Below, piece after piece: positions 10,756 through 18,536 of a DNA stretch of 64,000 nucleotides. Origin of the DNA: an uncultured archaeon (GTDB lineage: Archaea; Thermoproteota; Nitrososphaeria; Nitrososphaerales; Gagatemarchaeaceae); the NCBI GenBank assembly GCA_963799775.1, contig CAWCYD010000003.1, positions 576,001 to 640,000 on the forward strand. Direction: 5' to 3'. Position numbers and translations under genes: made by a program. How positions within the stretch are numbered: the stretch's first letter is position 1; every line of letters begins with the position of its first letter. Under the pieces are notes generated by a model, which was not told where the DNA came from, made no database searches, and saw only the letters and a program-made list of their open reading frames with translations.

Positions 10756-11613
10756 TTAATTGCTGGGTCTTCGCTTCGCTCTTGCGACAAGGTGCCATCC
10801 TAGCCTCACGTTGTCAGGTAAGTCGATCTTCACCTTGCGACGTTGCGGGGTGTCGACCACGTTGAAGCACGCTGCTACCAATGGCTCTTGGTAGTGCTTC
10901 GACAATAGACTTCTGACCTCGTCGGCGGTGTAAGCCCGCGTGTAGGGACATCCTTCGATCCTCTCCGAGTATTGGGAAACAAGAACATCCTCCGAGAGGC
11001 CGATTCCTCCGTGAAGGAACAGGATCGAGTAATAATAGAGAAGACTTTCCTTGTTGTAAACCATGAAGACCACCTCGCCGTCCTCCTTCAGTTTCCTTGT
11101 CAGTTCGTCGACGGCGTCGTCGACGTCAGGGATGTGATGCAGCACGCCGAATGAGTACACGGAGTCAAAGACCCCGTCCTTGAACGGCAGGTTCTGAGCT
11201 GCCGCCCTCACGACGTCGGATGGTCCAACGCCCGCCTCCGCTAGCGTGTCCCTCGTTGTCCTCGTGCCTGTCTCCGTAAAGTCAAGACTTACAACTTGAG
11301 CCCCATTTCTTGCGAACTCTGCTGAATCGATGCCGGACCCGCTCCCGATCTCGAGGACTCGTTTGCCTTTGAATGATGAAAAGGGAATCGCCTCGGACAT
11401 GTAGTCCTGGAGTTCGTATCGAAGTCGCCTTCGCTCAGCATACGAGAGCTTCTCCGACTTGAATGTCCAAGGGACCGTCCTTTCCCAATACTCTGCGAAC
11501 TCAGCCTTGTTCTTTACGAGTGACGCGTCAGGAGCCTTTGATTCATGGTCTTCCGAAAAAGAAGTAGTGGGGGGAACTGCTGCCATAGTAGTTCCTCGCC
11601 CCCTTCGCGCCAT
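10756..11613 (-). CDS. Class I SAM-dependent methyltransferase (UbiE-like)
   Basis: VLEIGSGSG, LPFKDGVFDSVYSFGVLHH; start directly abuts the stop of the upstream pilin. Confidence 0.9.
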   Translation of the reverse strand: MARRGRGTTMAAVPPTTSFSEDHESKAPDASLVKNKAEFAEYWERTVPWTFKSEKLSYAERRRLRYELQDYMSEAIPFSSFKGKRVLEIGSGSGIDSAEFARNGAQVVSLDFTETGTRTTRDTLAEAGVGPSDVVRAAAQNLPFKDGVFDSVYSFGVLHHIPDVDDAVDELTRKLKEDGEVVFMVYNKESLLYYYSILFLHGGIGLSEDVLVSQYSERIEGCPYTRAYTADEVRSLLSKHYQEPLVAACFNVVDTPQRRKVKIDLPDNVRLGWHLVARAKRRPSN

Positions 11614-12111
11614 CTATTCCCAGGTGCCTGTGAATAGGACTACGGCCCCGTTCGACAGCGTGGCCGACCCAGAATAAGTCGACCCGATTACCGGAGCTGA
11701 TGTTACTTTTGGAGTCGCGACGAACTGTGCGTATGTGGTTGCGCTCCCCGATCCTGCCCCGCCTATCAGGCAAGTCGTGGCTGCAGTGAGGGCGAATTGG
11801 TTACTGGCCCCTGCCCAGGTTATCGTTACCGCGGTTACCTGCGTGCTCGCTGTGCCTGTGTTGGCCAGCGTGATATAGGGCGTTGCTGGTGCGGTGGTGA
11901 CACACGTTATGGTGCCCGATGTTCCAGTGCCGAATCCTGCGGCGGTAATCGAGCTTCCTGTCACAGCCACTTGGGCTGATTGGGATGCTGTTCCGAAGAT
12001 GCCGAAGACGAAGCCACCGATTGCTACTGCAGCAATCAGGGTGACCGCGATGATCAGCACCGTGGCTATGATTGGAGAGATGGCTCTGCGCGTCCCGTAA
12101 GAAGTTTTCAT
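11614..12111 (-). CDS. Archaeal type IV pilin (family A)
   Basis: RRA/ISPIIATVLII signal; paralog of 1463..1975. Confidence 0.93.
   Translation of the reverse strand: MKTSYGTRRAISPIIATVLIIAVTLIAAVAIGGFVFGIFGTASQSAQVAVTGSSITAAGFGTGTSGTITCVTTAPATPYITLANTGTASTQVTAVTITWAGASNQFALTAATTCLIGGAGSGSATTYAQFVATPKVTSAPVIGSTYSGSATLSNGAVVLFTGTWE
11978..12085. repeat. 108-bp near-identical repeat shared with 12767-12874 (pilin 5' regions)
   Basis: Direct comparison shows a single mismatch. Confidence 0.9.
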
Positions 12112-12361
12112 TGTTAGAGAAATCCTTGTGTATCTTGCTAATTAGGGATTGTGTATTAGCAATCTGTATCTCAAACCAAACTCTTGCAATCCGGGTGGAT
12201 TCGACCGGCGGGCGACAGTGGAGACGAAACCCTCCGCTGCAGATTCCGGCCATGCTCAGATTGATTTTGCCCTACCAACAACGACCCATCCGTGTTGTCG
12301 AAGATCGGAAGCCCAGTCTATCAGATGTCACTGCTCTGAAGATGAAGAAAATGGGGGGATT

Positions 12362-12387
12362 GGAATCCTGTCGTCTGTCAGGATTCC
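12362..12387 (-). terminator. Putative hairpin terminator after pilin
   Basis: GGAATCCTG-N8-CAGGATTCC stem followed on the minus strand by a pyrimidine/T tract. Confidence 0.45.
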
Positions 12388-12406
12388 TTCCGCCTTGGCC
12401 TTTCGC

Positions 12407-12909
12407 CTACTGCCAGGTTCCTGTGAAGAGTACGACCGCACCGTTGGAGAGTGTCACGGTGCCAGAGTATGTCTGGCCTGACACTGGTTGCACAGTAACC
12501 TTGGGAGTTGCTGTGAACCATCCATAGGTCGTTGCCGTTGCTGACCCTGCGCCGCCTATCGAGCATGCAGCTGTCATGGCGAACGCATTGCTCACTCCTG
12601 CCCACGTGACGGTCACTCCAGTGACCTGCGCGCTCGCTGTTCCTGTGTTAGCGAGCGTGATGTAGGGTGAGGCGGGCACTGTTGTTTGGCACGTAACCGT
12701 CCCAGAGGTTCACCACACCGAATCCGGCTGCGTTGATGGAGGTGCCCCGTGACGGCGATTTGTGCGGATTGGGATGCTGTTCCGAAGATGCCGAAGACGA
12801 AGCCACCGATTGCTACTGCAGCAATCAGGGTGACCGCGATGATCAGCACCGTGGCTATGATTGGCGAGATGGCTTTCCTTTGTGCGTATTTGCCGTTCCG
12901 TATTTTCAT
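12407..12909 (-). CDS. Archaeal type IV pilin (family A), split by frameshift(s) near 12690-12750
   Basis: N-terminus MKIRNGKYAQRKA/ISPIIATV in ORF 12613..13005; C-terminus PYITLANTG...TGTWQ in ORF 12407..12679. Confidence 0.9.
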
Positions 12910-12959
12910 TGTTAGTTTCTTCGACCCGTATTTGGTATATGAAGGGTGGGAATTACTAG

Positions 12960-12978
12960 TATGGTTTTGAAATCCATA
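12960..12978. promoter_or_regulatory. 19-bp palindromic operator TATGGTTTTGAAATCCATA upstream of pilin
   Basis: One mismatch from perfect dyad; recurs at 5949 and 51547. Confidence 0.55.
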
Positions 12979-13018
12979 GCGAATTAAATACGACGCATGG
13001 GACAACTTCTCTCATCTC

Positions 13019-13453
13019 ATGAGTCGTCTCGTCGATGGGATCAGGAGGGCCAACGAACGAGACAGGGCGTTCATCATGAGCCTGGACATGAGGTTCCTCG
13101 ACAAAGTGGTCGCTCCTCTCTACGTGGGCTTCCTTTGTCTTGACTTCCTCGACGTCTATTCGACGCTCCTTGCGATGAGAAGCACGTTCGACTTCCGGGA
13201 GCTGAATCCTATCGCTTCCGCGCTTTTCTCGATGCGTTTTGATGGATTTCTGATCGCGATGGCTCTGAAGTACCTGCCTGCGATCCCTTTCTTCTACCTA
13301 GTCTATGTCAAGGGCCCGCACGAACTGCATCCGTTTGAGATCAGGCTTGTGAGGTTCGTCGCCCTCGTGTCGTTGGTGGCGGCGGACGCAGTCCTCGGAT
13401 ACATAGTGGCAGTCAACAACATCCCCATCCTGCTCTCTTTCCTTCACGACTGA
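13019..13453 (+). CDS. Small membrane protein, DUF5658-like
   Basis: LDVYST...ELNPI motif, 3 TM segments. Confidence 0.65.
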   Translation: MSRLVDGIRRANERDRAFIMSLDMRFLDKVVAPLYVGFLCLDFLDVYSTLLAMRSTFDFRELNPIASALFSMRFDGFLIAMALKYLPAIPFFYLVYVKGPHELHPFEIRLVRFVALVSLVAADAVLGYIVAVNNIPILLSFLHD

Positions 13454-13461
13454 GTGACTCG

Positions 13462-13640
13462 CTATACTACCCTGAACTTTCCGTCGAAGGTGAACACGGC
13501 CTTCTTGGCCTCCTGCGCCTCTACGATTATCCTCTCGGGCACGCCATTGCGGACATACAGCTCAAAAGGTCCCGTTTCTGGGCGATGAGGGTGCTCGCGC
13601 TCTGCTCGAGGGATTTTAGCGCCTTGTTGATTCGGGCCAG
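13462..13640 (-). pseudogene. Orphan 3'-end duplicate of the gene ending at 14407
   Basis: Translates to LARINKALKSLEQSASTLI..FELYVRNGVPERIIVEAQEAKKAVFTFDGKFRVV*; no start codon. Confidence 0.9.
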
Positions 13641-13715
13641 ACCCTAGAATGAGCGGAGTACCATTGTAATTAGAAAGCTGTATATTTAAATACGTCCAGT
13701 TCTACTTACTAACCC

Positions 13716-13961
13716 ATGGGAACCAGGACAATCACATTCAGCGTCAACTCGGATGTGGAGCAGCGCTTTAGGAGGATTGCAAAGGCAACGCACAGCAACA
13801 AGAAGGGATACCTGGGAAAGGCCTTGACGGAGGCCATGGAGAAATGGACGCAAGAAAAGGAGCAACAGGACTCGGTCGCCGCATCGCTCCTGCTCTTGGA
13901 AAGAGGCGTGGACTTGGGGGGGCTAAGATACAAGCACAGAGAGGAACTCCATGACCGGTGA
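13716..13961 (+). CDS. RHH/CopG-like antitoxin (VapB)
   Basis: N-terminal beta strand TITFSV followed by helices; REELHDR tail; overlaps the PIN gene. Confidence 0.8.
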   Translation: MGTRTITFSVNSDVEQRFRRIAKATHSNKKGYLGKALTEAMEKWTQEKEQQDSVAASLLLLERGVDLGGLRYKHREELHDR

Positions 13962-14410
13962 ACTCGCATTTGTCGACACGAACATCCTGGTATACGCGTA
14001 TGACAAAAGCGATTCGAAGCGTAGGAAGCCTTGCTCTCGACTCGTTCGTTCCGGATTCCAGGGTGAGGTGGCCTTTTGTATCTCAAATCAAGTACTTGCA
14101 GAACTCTTCGTGGTTCTGACGAAGAAGGTTGCCAAGCCTGTTCCAGTCAAGGAGGCTGGCGCCATCGTCAGCGCCTTCATCGACTCTACCTCGTGGAGCA
14201 AACTGAACTACACGCACCTCTCGGTCAAGCGAGCCTTGGAGAACACCTCGATCAAGACCTCTTTTTGGCGACATCCTCATCGCCGAGACGATGCGGGAAG
14301 GAGGCGTGACTACGCTTTACACCGAAAACGAGAAGGACTTCACGAACATTTCCTGGATTAAGACAGTCAACCCGATCAATACCCCGTCTGAAGGGTCTGA
14401 AACCGCCTAG
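13951..14410 (+). CDS. vapC: PIN-domain toxin (VapC), frameshift near 14269
   Basis: FVDTNILVYA, QVLAE; corrected frame gives FWDILIAETMREGGVTTLYTENEKDF. Confidence 0.88.
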
Positions 14411-14917
14411 ACAACCCTGAATTTTCCGTCGAAGCTGAACACGGCCTTCTTGGCCTCCTGCGCCTCTACGATTATCCTCTCAGGGACACCGTTCCGGACA
14501 TAGAGCTCGAACGTCCCGTTCTGGGGGATTAGTGTGCTTGCGCTCTGCTCGAACGACTTTAGCGCTTCGGTGGTACGGGCCAGCTTTTGCTTTAGGTCCA
14601 TCGTGGATCTGATACATCACTTCTGTTGTTGCCGGGCCACCGCTGGCCGTGTTGAGCAGCATCGTACCCATCTTGATCCACCCCCCTGCAGGAGCCTTCT
14701 TCTGATCGTTCTTCTTGTCGCCTTTGTCTTGTTTCTTCTCTTCCTTCTGACTGGATGACTCTCCAGGGCCGGTTCTCAGCATGGATCCAAGCTTGTCGCC
14801 GTACTTCTCCGATTCCTTTTGGTAGTAGTCGATGACGTCCTTCATGTATTTGATGATCTCTGACTGGGCATAGAACTTCATCAGACCCGTGTTGAGGTCA
14901 GGTCGCCGCTGAGACAA
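14407..14917 (-). CDS. Hypothetical coiled-coil protein, frameshift near 14600
   Basis: ORFs 14480..14917 and 14407..14601 join into one protein ending FDGKFRVV; C-terminus conserved in the 13462 duplicate. Confidence 0.75.
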
Positions 14918-14935
14918 TTACCTAAGCCTGAGTGC

Positions 14936-15465
14936 CTATTCGCTCGTTATTGAGTTTTGAACTAGGTCCTGTTCGTCTTCCTTAGGCGGTCTGACGCGGT
15001 CGGTCTGCTTCGCCATGTTGCCGGCCTTCTTTACCTCCTTCAGGATCCTCTCGAGAAGATCCACCCTGGAGCCTACGTCCTTTCTCCTCTCCGAGATTAT
15101 GTTTGCCAGCAGGGGAGTCGCTGCCTGGACTATGGAGAGCACGTATTTGGGCTCGAATTTTGTGAGCGGTATCGACCTCTTCGAGTCGTCCTTGTCGACG
15201 ACGATAACGACGCAGTCGGATGCGAGATACGCCTCCTTGGCGGTGGAGTAGGCGGGCCGAGGTTCTCCTTCTGGAGCGGCAAGGCCGCGTCGACCTCGGA
15301 TTGGAGCATCTTCAGCGACTCTATGAGCTTCCTAGTGTAGTTCCTTTCCATCTCGTCGAGTTCAGAGAGCTGGGCGAACTCGCTCTGGAGAGTCGTGAGG
15401 TTCTCAACTATCCCGCGAGAAGGGTCGTCGCTGAGGTCAGGCATGGAGTCCCTGATTCTCGACAT
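14936..15465 (-). CDS. Hypothetical coiled-coil protein, frameshift near 15255
   Basis: ORFs 15130..15465 and 14936..15142 join via AYSTAKEAYLASDCVVIVVDK. Confidence 0.7.
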
Positions 15466-15743
15466 ACGAGTCCTCGAGAAGCCCTTGCTCGTAATATAGT
15501 TTTGTGTATTACAAATTCAGTATGCTAAATTCAGGTTCTACAGGAATCCATCGTTTGCGGCGCAATCTCCTGCGCGATTCCTGCCGTCTATGTCAGCGGC
15601 TGACGACGGAGTAGGGATCTACGCCCTCCCATCGTTGCGTTGTCTCGCCGGAGGGAGTTGAGAGAATTCGGGTTCAGCGAAAGAGCCGAAAGTGTAAGCA
15701 AATAGTTATATCAGACTTGTCCGTGCTATCTGCGTGGTTTGAT

Positions 15744-15989
15744 TTGTCGGAAGACACACTGCTTGTCGGAAAAAGGGGGGAGATCTACACAGATGCAAAA
15801 TTGCGCGAGCAGACAGGGATAAAGAAAGGCGGTCGGGTGAAAGCCACCGTGGCCGACGGACGTCTCATCATAGAGCCGCTTCTTTCGATTGAAGATCTGC
15901 TCAAAAAGCCGCCGCTCATCACTATCAGCGTAGAGCAGGCCGAACGGATCAGCGAGAGGGCCCAAAAGGAGCAAGGAATCTTTGGATGA
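15744..15989 (+). CDS. AbrB/MazE-type antitoxin
   Basis: VGKRGEIYT..LREQTGIKKGGRV..GRLIIEP. Confidence 0.85.
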   Translation: MSEDTLLVGKRGEIYTDAKLREQTGIKKGGRVKATVADGRLIIEPLLSIEDLLKKPPLITISVEQAERISERAQKEQGIFG

Positions 15990-16464
15990 ACTTCTCCTTG
16001 ACACCACGTACCTTCTCCCATCCTTCGGCGTCGCGCTAAGACTGGATGGCTTTCAGGAGCGTTTTCCGCTCATGCTTGAGAACATGAATGTCCACTACAA
16101 CCCGATAAGCCTCGTGGAGGCGAAATGGGTGATCCTAAGGCTTGTCCGCGAGCAGGTCGCTGATCATAAGAAGTGGTTGGATGCCTACAAGCAGGGCTTG
16201 GGGGTTCTCCTTTCAAACGACAGACTCGTGGAAACGGAACTGACTAGTGAGGAGATCGAGAGTGTTGCCGACGGGCTCTTTCTTCAGCACAGCGTAAAGG
16301 ACTACTTCGACAGAATAATCTACGCGACAGCGTGCAGCACGAACCGTGTCTTAGTTACGGAGGACGAGAAGCTGCACTCGTTCAAGGAAAGGACGGACCT
16401 ACCCCGACCGAAGAATATCCTGAGCTGGAAAGATCTTGGTGAGGCCGATAATCCTGCTGCGTGA
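15982..16464 (+). CDS. vapC: PIN-domain toxin (VapC)
   Basis: LLDTTYLL, SLVEA, DYFDRIIYATA, LVTED. Confidence 0.9.
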   Translation: MDELLLDTTYLLPSFGVALRLDGFQERFPLMLENMNVHYNPISLVEAKWVILRLVREQVADHKKWLDAYKQGLGVLLSNDRLVETELTSEEIESVADGLFLQHSVKDYFDRIIYATACSTNRVLVTEDEKLHSFKERTDLPRPKNILSWKDLGEADNPAA

Positions 16465-16826
16465 AACGCCTAGAGCCGATGTCGGCGAGAAGAATCCGAG
16501 CTGTCGCTCTCCATAATTCTAGAGCTCGTAGGATAGTTCGAGGCTCATCCGGGATTCATGGATTCGTGGCGGGAGCACAGGATCCAGTCCGAGGAGAACT
16601 TTCTGCGCTCGGGCCCTCCAGAGCGAGACCAGCCCGATTCGTACAGTCTAGGATGAGGATTACCCGCTGGATCCCTCATAGGTCCAGAGGCCCAGACCAA
16701 GCGCTGGAGGCGACAGGCCGGGGGAGCTGTGATTGAGACCGCGGCGGACTCTCGAATCGGAGGTCGAGACCAGTCCCTTTCGCACTCCATCAGGCCTTTT
16801 CGTGCCCATTCGGGCTTCCCGAGACA

Positions 16827-18536
16827 TTAGAAACTGTAGGAGAGCTCGAAATATGACTTTGCGAAGGTCTTCATCATCTCATACGGGCTGCTAAGCACAC
16901 AGTTGACTGGGAAGTAGTCCTTGATGGCGCCGCTATCCACGCCGACCCCCATGAGGTATATGTCCGACTTGGCGAAGCCCTTGATGACGGACACGAGCTT
17001 CTTGTCGATGTCGTTGTAGCCAGACGGGTAGCCATCGGAGACGACCACTAGTATCCGCACCCCTGCCTCCCTAGTGCTGAGGGCCTTGTGGGCCACCTGG
17101 AGGGCGTCGGGCAGGAGAGTCGTGCTCCTTTGGGAGAGGCCCCCGATCCTCGCCTTGGTCGTGATGTCGTAGTTCTCGGTGAAGTCCTTTATGATCTGGA
17201 TCGAGTTGTTGAACGAGAACATCGCCCATTGGGTCTTCTGTCTCATTAGCTTCGTTGCCACCTCTGCGAGACAGGTGGCGATCCCCTTGGTCTCCTGGGC
17301 GAACGTCGAGATGCTCTTGCTTGCGTCGATCAGGATCACCCAAGCCTCGTCCTTGTACTGGGGCTGCAGCTGCTCGAAGACGTCTGTCCTGTCAGACTGG
17401 GTCGCCATGACCTGCATGACCGCCTGGGTGTCGAGCTGCGCCCCTGCGTCGTGCCCCGCGACGTCGTCCAAGACGTTCTTCACCATCATGAGCTGGTCCC
17501 GTACGTTCTTTATCGGGCTCGCCAGCTCCGACCTCACTCGCTGGAAGGTGGCATAGTCGCCGGGAGGGATCTCGATGCTTTCGAGCCTCGTTGGGGATAT
17601 GAGGCCCTCATAGAAGGCCCTTACCTTGGCTAACCTCGCCTGCGAGGTCTCCGTGCTTGCGAGGACTTCCTGCGCTTCGGAGAGGAATATCGCGTCTGTC
17701 GGGATCGGGTCGTCTTTCAGTCCCACCCTCGCAAGGGCAGACCGGAGGAGCGACTCTTCCTTGACTTGGTCGTTCTCGAGGAGCTTCCCCTCGAACAGGT
17801 TGCAAGGCCCGTGCGCCTCCGTGTACGGGAAGGCGGGTATCTCAGATAGTGGCCCGCCGTCGCTTATCGCGGCGTAGATCTCCTCAGCCGCCTTTGAGAG
17901 CAAAGCCTTGTTCTCCGGTGACTTGTGCTCGACGTAGTCCTCAACGTCGATCCTCACGCGCTCGTCTATGGCCGCGATCTGGGCGTCCTCTTCGCGCGAG
18001 AGCCTCGTCCCGGTCGACCTGAAGACACCCGCGGAGCTCAGCAGGAGCTTTGTCGCAAGGCGAAGGGGAGTGCTGTCGATGTCGTCCGGCTCGGACAACC
18101 GCAGAGCGGATATGTAGCTCCCGTGTGCGAGGTCGGCCAGGACGCCGACCCACTTGCTCCTCGCTTCTGTGAGGATGTGGACGTCTTCGACCAGCGAGAC
18201 GGCGAATGTCGCTGCTCCCGATTCCTTGGCTTTGGCCCAAGGAGCGTACGCCCTAAAGTCGGAGAAGGCGGCGTGCAGCGAGAGGTGAAAGAGCGACGCC
18301 CTGAAGTTGCGCCAGGTCGTCTCCCATCCCTTGGAGTCCTGGTCGGTGTAGAGCCCTTGCAGCTGGTAGAACTTGTCCTCTACCGTCTTGGGGGATGGTA
18401 GCTTGACAACGATGCCCCTGCGGTCTCCAGAGAGGAGGGGCGTCTTCAGGTTCTCGTCGAGTATCAGCCTGAAGGTGTCGTAGTCGCGCTGCGCTATGCT
18501 GGTCGCAGTGTTCCACGCGTAGTCAAGGACGTTCAG
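16827..18536 (-). CDS. vWA-domain protein (NorD/CbbO-like partner of MoxR ATPase)
   Basis: MIDAS motif DASKS..T..VVSDG; frame stays open upstream of the 18098 ORF call to about 18536 (start uncertain). Confidence 0.85.
   Translation of the reverse strand: MNVLDYAWNTATSIAQRDYDTFRLILDENLKTPLLSGDRRGIVVKLPSPKTVEDKFYQLQGLYTDQDSKGWETTWRNFRASLFHLSLHAAFSDFRAYAPWAKAKESGAATFAVSLVEDVHILTEARSKWVGVLADLAHGSYISALRLSEPDDIDSTPLRLATKLLLSSAGVFRSTGTRLSREEDAQIAAIDERVRIDVEDYVEHKSPENKALLSKAAEEIYAAISDGGPLSEIPAFPYTEAHGPCNLFEGKLLENDQVKEESLLRSALARVGLKDDPIPTDAIFLSEAQEVLASTETSQARLAKVRAFYEGLISPTRLESIEIPPGDYATFQRVRSELASPIKNVRDQLMMVKNVLDDVAGHDAGAQLDTQAVMQVMATQSDRTDVFEQLQPQYKDEAWVILIDASKSISTFAQETKGIATCLAEVATKLMRQKTQWAMFSFNNSIQIIKDFTENYDITTKARIGGLSQRSTTLLPDALQVAHKALSTREAGVRILVVVSDGYPSGYNDIDKKLVSVIKGFAKSDIYLMGVGVDSGAIKDYFPVNCVLSSPYEMMKTFAKSYFELSYSF

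Noticed and set aside
1-12909. Archaellum operon
   Set aside because: The subunits look like pilins rather than archaellins, and no ArlF/G/H or chemotaxis genes are visible. Genes beyond the left edge are unknown.
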